Assembly: GCF_037042905.1 (NCBI RefSeq)
Contig: NC_087251.1
Coordinates: 1,612,001 to 1,676,000 of the forward strand
DNA length: 64,000 nt
Source: Lytechinus pictus
Lineage: Eukaryota
Reading direction: 5' to 3'
This document shows, piece by piece, positions 51,385 through 61,559 of this stretch. The notes beneath the pieces are model-generated. The model ran no database searches, was not told the origin of the DNA, and worked only from the letters and a program-made list of their open reading frames with translations. A program made the translations under genes and the position numbers. The stretch's first letter is position 1. Every line of letters starts with the position of its first letter.

Positions 51385-51630
51385 GTCCAGTTCAAGGACT
51401 GAATTTCTGGGAGTTCATCTATGCTGGAGATGATACAACATTCCAGGACTTTGGATTGTCTACATTTACCACATACATCTATCGAATCACTGTCTACAAT
51501 GACATTGGGTCAGTGACCTCTGACCCTTCTGATGAGGTCACGACCTTAGCTGGTCAACCAACTGTAGCAGGAACAATCACTGCTGTGGCAATGGACCATA
51601 TATCAGTCTTACTCAATTGGACAACTCCTT
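51385..51630 (+). CDS. USH2A: Exon 43: FN3
   Basis: agtag| PVQGLNFW...NWTTP T|gtaag. Confidence 0.9.
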
Positions 51631-52035
51631 GTAAGTTTATTATTTCATTATACCTTTTGTGTTATGTAGACCAAATATGATTGATGCTTTAAAATCACAA
51701 GATTGAATTAAATGTGACTAATAAGCCCTTCTAACAAATCTTCATTTAATTCAAATTCATGGGCTTGTAAATTTTATGATATGCAATGCATTTACATAAT
51801 ATATTCATATAAAGAGGTGTTCTGCATATTTCAACAAACAAATTAGTGGAAGGATGGGGGAGCCCATCAGATGCTAGATTTTAGTAAATGGAAACAAAAA
51901 GTTTTCATTGAATTGAAAACCACTGACTATTTTTTCATGAAATATTTTTAAATGTGGCTTTCATTTACCCTCTTCCTCCAACATCAGAAGTTACTTTAAA
52001 TATTTTACATCTTTTCACTTTTTTTCTACATCCAG

Positions 52036-52245
52036 CTTTACTAGAGCTTCAGGGTGATGTTGTAAACTACTTCATCCTGGTGAGCTCTCCTTTTAGACAG
52101 TTTGAATTGACCTATGACCCCAGCGTGTCTGGTGATCTCTTGACCTCACTAATGCCAAACACAGAGTATGAGTTCCGACAAGTCATCTTCAATGGAGCAT
52201 TCAACATCACCAGTCTCCCAGCTGTGACTCAGACATTAGATGGAG
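52036..52245 (+). CDS. USH2A: Exon 44: FN3
   Basis: tccag| LLELQGDV...TLDG G|gttgg. Confidence 0.9.
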
Positions 52246-52630
52246 GTTGGTATTTAAAGAAAAATATCTAAAAAAGGAAAAAAATGATTAAATTCATTGT
52301 AGATATTGTCTTTGCACATTTCTTTATAAACACTACATTCTATGGGACCCACCACCTTTTCTTTAAAAATTATTTTGTCTATGTCTGTTTCCAGGGAAAC
52401 TGAATGACAGTACCCACACCACAGTCCATAATGTCTGAAAATACAGTTATACACTACCCCAACTTTTACTTTTTGTGGACTGTCCTTCTCTCTTATTGCT
52501 GAAAAGAGCACTTCACATTTATTTTATGTAATGGTGCTAAGAATTTTCCTTTCTTTTAAGTTGTATTTTAAGGGCAGGGTCGTATGTATTCCATCAAAAC
52601 ATGTTGATGCTTATCTCTCTTGCCTTGTAG

Positions 52631-52833
52631 CTCCTGAAGGTTTCGCTGCTCCCCTGATCAGTGTTCTAAGCCCATCAGCAGTCAATGTGATGTGGTTACC
52701 ACCGGATCAGCCAAATGGTGAGATCACACAGTATGTGATATATCTGGATGGTCAACCTCATGGTAGTGTTGAGAGCAATCAATTACTCTACATCATGGCT
52801 GGTCTACAACCTTACACTGTCTACTCTATACAG
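52631..52833 (+). CDS. USH2A: Exon 45: FN3
   Basis: tgtag| PEGFAAP...VYSIQ |gtgaa. Confidence 0.92.
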
Positions 52834-53220
52834 GTGAATATCATTCAAACTGCGGTCCTTATTCTCAAACAGGATCAATTTCAATTTACATTTGTAATAT
52901 ATGGTATATGAAAGTCTAATGAGATAAAGACAAGAAGATGTTTGATTCATCAGTTATTTTGTTATTCAAAGCTTTATTTAAAATTAAAATTAAAATTAAT
53001 CTTAGTAATCTTTAAGCCAAAATTTCCACCTCTCTAAAAGGCCATTGCTACAGTTGAATGCTAAATCCTTGTCATGGAGAAATTGCAAATAAGTAAAGAA
53101 AAAAAAATGGTTAATATCTAGTTTTATGGGACAAATCTGGAAAGAATTATATGATTAAGGGCTATATTTGTGTTAGCTTATTACCATATTCTAGTTTATA
53201 TTCCCTTTTTTCAAACTCAG

Positions 53221-53429
53221 GTTGAGGTATGCACAGTATACGATTGTCTGTTGAGTAACATTACCGTGGTAACGACCCTTGAGATCCCGCCAGCAGGGGT
53301 CACTGCTCCTAACCTACGTGTGCTAGGTCCTCGAGCAATGGAGGTATCTTGGGCCTCCCCTGCATCACCAAATGGAATCATCCTAGGATATGAGATACAG
53401 CGGAGGGAATATCAACCTTGTTCAGATGG
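53221..53429 (+). CDS. USH2A: Exon 46: FN3 leading into the Cys-rich region
   Basis: ctcag| VEVCTVYDC...PNGIILGY...PCSD GG|gtaat. Confidence 0.92.
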
Positions 53430-53450
53430 GTAATAATTCTTATAAACTCT

Positions 53451-53583
53451 TGGGTCCCAAAATACAAAGCTTAGCGACTGATCTTTCAATTGATTTTCAT
53501 GATTAATTGTACATTGTATTCAATGCCATCAATCATAAAAATTGGTTTACGATCAATTGTTAGGCTTTGTGCTTTGGGTCCCA
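53451..53583. mobile_element. Small degenerate MITE
   Basis: TGGGTCCCAAAATACAAAGCTTAGCGACTGATC vs GATCAATTGTTAGGCTTTGTGCTTTGGGTCCCA (imperfect inverted repeat). Confidence 0.65.
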
Positions 53584-53790
53584 TAAGATAAAGTTTAGTG
53601 CTTGTTCGTAGGGCTTATTGTTAAGGGTGATTGGGGGAAGTATGAGGGAAACATTACTTTCTACTGTTGACATTATTTCTGTGATAGAGGAATGTTTATT
53701 CATTACATTGCTTTCTCTTCTCTCCATAGGACACACATAATGATGAATAAAAGATAAAGTTTCCTTTCATATATCTCTGTATCATTACAG

Positions 53791-53890
53791 ACCTAGCACA
53801 CCTTCAGATGGCAGTGATTCAAGCTGTGGCTATGTGGAATGTTTACGTTCAGAGAGTGTCTGTGGCAGCCAGTGCTACTCAGGGCTACAG
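53791..53890 (+). CDS. USH2A: Exon 47: Cys-rich region
   Basis: tacag| PSTPS...CGYVECLRSESVCGSQCYSGLQ |gtcag. Confidence 0.9.
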
Positions 53891-54404
53891 GTCAGTATAA
53901 ACTTACTTCTTTTTAAAATGTTGTTTTAATAAATGAATAGCACACGTCATCATTCCTACATGCGTACATGTCAACTTGTATCATTTCATATGATTTATCA
54001 CCCTCAAATTCTCTGTCCATATTAACAAGATTTGCTGAAAAATGATTGATATATGCAGTAATATATCATAATAACTATGATTATGCTTGCTTGTTTCATA
54101 CCTAATGCGTACCTTTATCAGACGTCTCCAAGTGCTCTGCAATAATGTAGCATAACCCTGGATTCGTTTACAATTTTATTTCATTTTATTTGTAATAAAA
54201 TGAGATTAGTTACTTTTATTTGCTTTAAATTTGTAGCAATTGAGATTTCTCAAAGTGAATAAGGTCTGTTTTGTTGTTGTTGAGAAATATTAGAAATAGC
54301 CATATGAGGGATGATGGTATGCTGACACATGTTGAGCATCCAATTTATCATGGTAAGCAGTGAGGTGGTGATTCAGAGATGCTTATTTATTACTGTGTTG
54401 ACAG

Positions 54405-54690
54405 GCTTGTTGTGATGGCATACTACATGACACTCAGCCAGACTACCAATGCTGTGATACTAACTACCTGATGGCACCGGTCAATGCATCCACACCGTTC
54501 ATCTGCTGTGGTGGTCAGTTCCACACTGAACAGGTCAACTATGAATGTTGTAATGGTCAGTATGTCCAGGTATTCCCCGGTCAGATCTGTTGTCCAGACC
54601 CAGATGAGGATAGGGTAGCTGTAGGATCAGGTGATGCCTGCTGTGCTGGTGTGCCGTATGATTCAAGCGGCCCTCAGATCTGTTGCGCAG
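54405..54690 (+). CDS. USH2A: Exon 48: CC-repeat Cys-rich region
   Basis: gacag| ACCDGIL...QICCA G|gtaag. Confidence 0.93.
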
Positions 54691-57066
54691 GTAAGATAAT
54701 ATCAAGATTCTTAGAAGTTACAATGTTAAACGATACTCTATATTTTAATTTTCATAGAAATGGTAATGAATTTGTGTCAAGTTGAATTAGATATCAAAAG
54801 TAACATAATATTTTCCTGGTGCATTTTGGAGCATATCGTTCTGACAAATGCACCAAAGTCAATTGGGTTCAATAATCATGCTTTTGGCTTGTTTTTTTTT
54901 GGAAAGAAAATAAAACCATATGAATGTCAAAATTTCTCTCATAATAAAAGATAAGTGAGCACTTAACAATATACCTGGAATGTTGAAAAGGACTGTGTAC
55001 AGCATCATGTTTGGTATGTGGAATGTTTTCTATACAGACTTTGTTTGTTAGATAAAACACCCAGCCAAGGCTTTACACATCTGAAAGATAAGACATACAA
55101 ATGATAAAATTGCTGCTTGTACTATTGTTAAAGATCTGACATGATATTGTATTTATTGTACATTTTATTGTATTCATAAGATGATAATAAACACACCCAC
55201 ATTTATTTACAGGAGAGTTTTATGACAGGAGTCAAGGTCTTTGTTGCAGTAACGTCTTCCATTCTTATGAGGGTAAAATTAACCATGACCAATTTAAAAC
55301 TTGGATCACTAAATAACTCAAAACTTTCTACTACATAATTTCTCTCTTCACTAGATAACCCTTCTACTCTTTCAAACATTATGTAACCCGTGATGTAACC
55401 CCCTCTTGTCATATAACTGTATAATATTAAGTATGTGGGTTATTGATGGTTTTACTGAGCTGTTTGACATGTAACTATTTCTTACTAATTTTGTTTTCAT
55501 CTAGGAATCATAGTGCAAGGTAATCTCAGACATTGTCATGACTGATTGATGTGTTCTTGGCTGCTCTTTATTTAAAATTAGCATATAGTAGTTTCTGTTA
55601 TGTTATGCTTGAGTTTCTTTCATTATTCATTCTTTATTGAAGATATATATAAGCATTCATTTTAAATTTGTTGACACTTTTGTCATGCTGAGGATAGGTA
55701 CATGACTACAAAATATATATACATCAACTTTTCTATGAAAATTGTACAAGTACAATCCCACATGTTACTTTTTGTTAGACACATTTCAGTGCTAAAAATG
55801 TATACTAGTAATGTATATGTATATAGATGACATGTAATATAATTGTTTGAGATCCCCTACAATTTTTTTTGAATATCCAAGATTTACAATATTCCCAAAG
55901 TCTCAAATCCCCCACCTGAGATGTGATCATGGTGATATGGTAGCATTTCCATTGTATTTTGATCTATTTTGATGATCTATTATTTTTCAGTTAAAGCTCT
56001 CTCCTAATGCAACCTTATTTTCATATAATCATATAATTTTGCACTTCATATAGATATAGAGTCTTTATTCTGTATTTTCAATCTGTGGTTTCATTCTTTA
56101 CTACGTTGTATGTTATGTATCTTGTATTCTATCTTCACTTCACTAGATGTCCCAATGATATTCTTTTGTTTTGTCTTTAATGATTTTCCCCAGGTGGGTC
56201 TTTCATAAACCCTTTTAAACTTATGCAAACCTTTACCAACTATCATATGACAATTAAAAATTGTCTTTTTATAATGACATACATTAAACTTAACCATTTC
56301 CATTGTTATATTGGTGCTGATTTAGTTATGTGTTTTGTTTTAAGCACTGTGTATAATAGATTTCCATTGCTGTAGCTGTTATCACTTTGCACCAGACATT
56401 CATATATATTATTATGATTCAACTACATCAAACCAGAATTGGAATAGTTTAGCTCTGTATTGCCTTCTATTATATTTTTGTTTGTGTAGTCCTATTTTGT
56501 AAAGAACAACAACTTGATTTTCATATTAAAAAAATCATAAAACCAATGAATTTTCAAAGATCAAAATTTAAGTACAAATTCTTTTTGTCCTATCAACAGC
56601 CACTAACATTTTCAAAGTCTTTTAGAGGCAGAGGGGGGGGGGGGTGGTTTCAAGGTGACCAAGATTTACTGAATCAAAGATATCTGCTGTATACATGGAT
56701 GTAGACTATTTTCTGAAATAGTGATATTTTTAATGATCTGTTTAGGGGGCAACAACTGCATGACATTTATTTTTTACTACCTGAAGTTCTGAATAGCATA
56801 TGCAACCAAAGGGCAAAATGAGAACTAATGATTGTTTTTACATGTTACATGTAGATTTCATACAAAGATTCGAATGTATGCTCAACCAACTTACTTTTAG
56901 GACAAAGTTGAGATTATAAGGTGAAACACGGATAATGTCCATGTCCTGTGATATGATTAAACTTGGTGCAATTGGTCTTAACTAGAGTTACTTTAATTTA
57001 GAATGTATTTCATTACATAATCCAACCATTGTTGACCATTTGTTTTTCTATGATATTGTTGTACAG

Positions 57067-57254
57067 GTCAGTTTGCTGATGGGATGAGTGGTCAGTGTTG
57101 TGGTGGGATCATGGTGTCTGCTGCAATGACCTGCTGCTCTGAGAGAGACATGGGCGTGGCTTATCTACCAATAGAAGGCAATGTTTGCTGTGGTACGGAG
57201 TATGTTAATATGACAACATCATTGTGTTGCACAAGTGAGACTGGTGTAGCTGAG
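57067..57254 (+). CDS. USH2A: Exon 49: CC-repeat region
   Basis: tacag| QFADGMSGQCCGG...GVAE |gtatg. Confidence 0.92.
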
Positions 57255-57712
57255 GTATGTCAGGAATGAGGATATTATAGTGTTGACCTTTTGTCTATTA
57301 CAGTCATATAAGAAATAATGTTGAAAAGACATTGAAATTTTGGTTTGATTAAAAGATAAATGCAAATGGGATTTGTGTAAAAGACTATTATTGCTTGTTA
57401 TTTGCTTTTATTTTTCCATATCTTTGTGGATGGTAGATTTTTCTTTGATCAAACAGTGTAACATATTAGAATGAGATTTTTCATTATGATATTATATTTG
57501 TTTTTGAAGTATCTGTAATAATTATATTGAGTATTGTTTACTAACAGATGATTAGGATTTTGTGAGAAAATTAGACATGTAAAATTACTATGCATTAAAA
57601 ATACTTAAGTTTTTTGACTTTCAGTCTTTGTATCGCTGATATGTACCTATACATTTCATTAATATGTAAGTTATCAAGATTCATTTGCCTATAACCTCTG
57701 TATCTTTGACAG

Positions 57713-57924
57713 ACCTATACATACGACACCCCTGATGCTAAACAGCAATCAAATGACCAATGCTGTGGATCTCAGAGGATCTCTCCATCTCAGGCATGCT
57801 GTAATGAAGTTGGTTATCAACCTGGTACTAGGGTCTGTGCTGATCGTAGCTCATCGGCTCAGGGGCATTGTGGGATTGGAACGGTCTGTCCAATCAGTCA
57901 GGCTGTATCTTCATTCTGTGACAG
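57713..57924 (+). CDS. USH2A: Exon 50: CC-repeat region
   Basis: gacag| TYTYDTP...QACCNEVGY...FCD AG|gtagg. Confidence 0.9.
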
Positions 57925-58338
57925 GTAGGATTTATTAAAAAAATGATGGATATGTGGGCTGTATGAAAATTAAATTTTCAAAGAAAGTAGATTTAGTGTG
58001 TGCTTGTTTAAATATTCTATATCTGACCACCTCATTAGCCTTCTTTGGCATGACATCTATTAATTTGACTATTACAATCATATGTACTATTCTTATGTCA
58101 TAGTATGAAAGTTGGTGGCAGTTGGTGTCATAGTATTGTCATTGATCATACTTAGATGATTTTTTTTCAAAGTGTTCCAACATATTCATAAGTTGTTATA
58201 TTCATGACTGTAGTTTTGATTGTATTTTCTACCGTAAACCAAAACAGGTAAATTTAGAAAATATTGCACTGAGCAGAATTTGCAAAAAATATAAGAATTT
58301 TTTCATTCAGTTATGTTATTACATTTATATTCCAACAG

Positions 58339-58499
58339 GTGTGACTTTGATACCAACATACACACATGCTACTCGGTTGATGCCTCCTACATCACTTCAT
58401 CACCTAGTAATCCTGGTACTCCTAGTGGTTCTAATGGTCTGTGTCCTTCTGCTCTCATCTCTATCTATACATCAGGACCAAATATCTACTCCTATCTTG
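58339..58499 (+). CDS. USH2A: Exon 51: end of Cys-rich region
   Basis: aacag| CDFDTNIHTC...IYSYL G|gtaag. Confidence 0.92.
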
Positions 58500-58592
58500 G
58501 TAAGTAATTCCTGGACTGGGGTCTGAGAAATCAAAGTCATCTTTGGAAATCCAGCTTACATGTAGTGTGACTTCTATCCATTCACCGCCTAT

Positions 58593-58730
58593 GGAGGTGT
58601 TGTAATCTAGTGGTCATTTTTCTTTCCTATCAAACAGAGAATTGTGTGTAAGAATCCATCCATGATGTTAATTTCCTTTAGCAAGGAATTCATTAACATT
58701 ACTCAACCTAGTTGAGGTAGATCTGTACTA
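58593..58730 (+). mobile_element. Highly decayed SINE head and body
   Basis: GGAGGTGTTGTAATCTAGTGG...AATTTCCTTTAGCAAGGAATT...ACTCAACCTAG aligns with the 5379 SINE. Confidence 0.55.
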
Positions 58731-59132
58731 GTCTGCAGTTACAGACCCTGATCAACTTTGATCAACAAATGAGTCTCCTGTATAAAAGTCAGAGTAGGCT
58801 GCGCATTGAGACCACTTGACTCGGGTAAGGGTTTGCACAAAATACTAAATGGGTAGTGGCATGATATATTCCTTGAATGATGTCAAGACTATATGGCACC
58901 TCAGCTACAGCTATGGTAATGATATGATTTACCTTGTATGTTCAATAGAGTACAAGCGTGTAGTAGCTTCGCTGTGTAGATGGATCGATCCTATTAAACA
59001 AATAACAAGTATTGTAAGAGACCTGTCAATTCCACCTTTCCATGTCTCTATAGGCGGTTGCACACTCTGATATCTGCATATTTCATCCAGTATTCCATTG
59101 ACACTTTTTCCATTTGCTTTATCTATTTACAG

Positions 59133-59330
59133 ATCAAGGTTTATCACCCTATACAAGGTATGAGTACCTCATCTCTGCTATCAATGCAGCAGGAAGCTCA
59201 AACAGTGGTCTTTCTAATGCTACTACAGATGAAGACATACCATCTCAGGTCCAGGCTCCTGAATGGTTCGTTGAGATGGGTGTACTAGATACTATCCAAC
59301 TAGCATGGGATCCACCTCAACAACCTAGTG
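59133..59330 (+). CDS. USH2A: Exon 52: FN3
   Basis: tacag| DQGLSPYTRYEY...QQPS G|gtaag. Confidence 0.92.
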
Positions 59331-59678
59331 GTAAGATAAAAGTGGCTTCTGAGTAACAGCTTGTTCACAAAGCCCCTGCAAGATGAATAGTGTTCAGACG
59401 TGGCTTGATAAATATTTCTGTGGAATCCTAAAAGTCACGCCAACAAAGCAGACTAAAAAATGACTGATAGTATGTCTTTTGTAATAATAGATTTTGTCAT
59501 TGAGGAGTTGATGTGACTATGATGTAATGGCCAATGTTGGACATAATAGCTCATGATAGCATATTTTTCATTGACCTTTAAAGAAGTGATTGGTCCACTT
59601 ATTTTCTGCTCTTGATAATCTTATCATGTGAAGTCTTCATGATATTTTTGATATATTTCTGTTTTGTTTCTTTTTCAG

Positions 59679-59833
59679 GTATAATTGTGACATACATCTT
59701 GAGAAGAGATGGTATTGAGATATACAGAGGAGCAGATACATCTCATAATGATAATACAGGCATCCAACCATTCCAACATTACTCCTATATATTAAGTGCT
59801 TGTACTAGAGTTGGATGTGCTGCTAGCCAACCG
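59679..59833 (+). CDS. USH2A: Exon 53: FN3
   Basis: ttcag| IIVTYILRRDG...GIQPFQ...SQP |gtaag. Confidence 0.93.
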
Positions 59834-60249
59834 GTAAGTCAACAAACCGCAAACAAGTGATAATAGTTTTATTGAGAGATTGTGATTATTTCTTCATTTT
59901 TCCTGTATATTAATATTTCATTTGTTTATTATTCACGGTTTTTCACGTTTATTCATGTTATGCATATTATCACTCATGTAGTATTCATTGGTAAGTATGT
60001 TTTGCTTTAGCTTAGTTTTAGATTAGGATAATGCTTTTTGGGGGGGTTATTGCTGTCAGTTCAGGTCACAGTAAATCTACGTTATTTCTTTTTTGTATTA
60101 TGTAATTCTGCACACTGGTGCTCACTCTTATAAAACATAGAACCAAATTTTGTTTGGTTCTCGAGTATGGAGAGTGATAGAGGAATATCAAGAAGATATC
60201 ACATCATTCATTGTGTCAACTATTTGTTGTTTTTATATGAACATGACAG

Positions 60250-60451
60250 GTGGTAGCAGCTACCCTTCAGGCACCCCCTGAGAACTTGTTTAACCCTCTT
60301 CTAGCTGCTCTTAGTTCTGATAGCATTCAGATCTCATGGCAGGAGCCTGGTCTTCCTAATGGGGTAATACAGGGGTACAGTATCCTTCTAACAGGTGTGG
60401 CAGAACCTATCTATCAAGGTGGTCCGGAAGACTTTCAATTCACTCATACAG
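60250..60451 (+). CDS. USH2A: Exon 54: FN3
   Basis: gacag| VVAATLQAPP...FTHT G|gtggg. Confidence 0.92.
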
Positions 60452-60930
60452 GTGGGTATGATTGATTACAAAAAGAGAATCAGATGATATTTGCAGGCTT
60501 TATTGATGAATTATTTGATTGTTTGCCAGAGTAATGTAATAATAGTAATTGTGTAGATTTGAAGAGCGCACATACCATCCAAAAACGCTCATAGCACTAG
60601 CTCAGCAACTGTATATCTATGTACGAGCTACGAATATAAACAATTTTACATACCAATAATGTTCAGAACAACAGGTAAAATGTGGTTTGTATGGCACCAG
60701 ACCAGATATTTTGTGCACTTTTATGGAATAGGCAAAGTGTAATTATTTTTCAGTGTAGTTCTGAAAATATTTTTATTGGTTGGTATATGTATTGCAGAAA
60801 TTCAAATTAAATTACTACTTGTGTGTACGACTGAAGAACAACAATTTCAAGTATATGCACAGGTGGTGAAACACCATTACTAATTACATGACATATTATT
60901 AACGTAGTTATTGTGAATTTTTTTTTACAG

Positions 60931-61038
60931 ACTTGAATCCTTACACGGTGTATGAGTACAGACTTGAAGCCTGTACATCAGCTGGATGTTCACTGAGTGA
61001 TCCAGTATCAGTAAGGACAATGCAAGACGCACCGCAAG
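60931..61038 (+). CDS. USH2A: Exon 55: FN3
   Basis: tacag| LNPYTVYEYRLEACTSAGC...APQ G|gtggg. Confidence 0.92.
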
Positions 61039-61097
61039 GTGGGTCTCCATTTATGTTGTTGGATTGTCTCCACTATTTGATTTTATTATTTTCCTCA

Positions 61098-61300
61098 ACA
61101 TCATCATAATCAGCTTTATCACTATCTTCATTGCGATTGTCAATGTTGTCATAATCATTAGCACCATTCACAACTTGATCATCATCATCATCATCGTTGT
61201 CATCATCATCATCATCATCATCATTACATTACCATTATCTTCAGCATTGTCATAAAGTTAATCAGCATGCGTCATTATCCTCCTCTTCATCATAATAATC
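61098..61300. repeat. Degenerate (ATC)n microsatellite
   Basis: catcatcatcat runs at about 61178-61222. Confidence 0.9.
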
Positions 61301-61559
61301 ATTGTTGATTCATCATTTGCATTTAAAATCTGTAGTTCTTTCTTCCAAATATGACTTCATGACTTTTTGTGTTTTATCAGTTTTCAGAATTTTCAGCAAT
61401 GAGGAAAAAGTACACTAATTCATATGTGTTCACTCTCACTGAATAATAATTGCTTTATATCATATATGCATTTATAGAGCTGCTCTGTATTTGATAAATT
61501 CAGCTTTGTTTTGACATTAGAATGATTCTTTTTATCATTGTCTTATTTTTGTCTTGCAG

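Noticed and set aside
61064..61255. Ile-rich hydrophobic ORF resembling a TM segment
   Set aside because: Translation of the (ATC)n repeat in intron 55; exons 55 and 56 join in frame without it.
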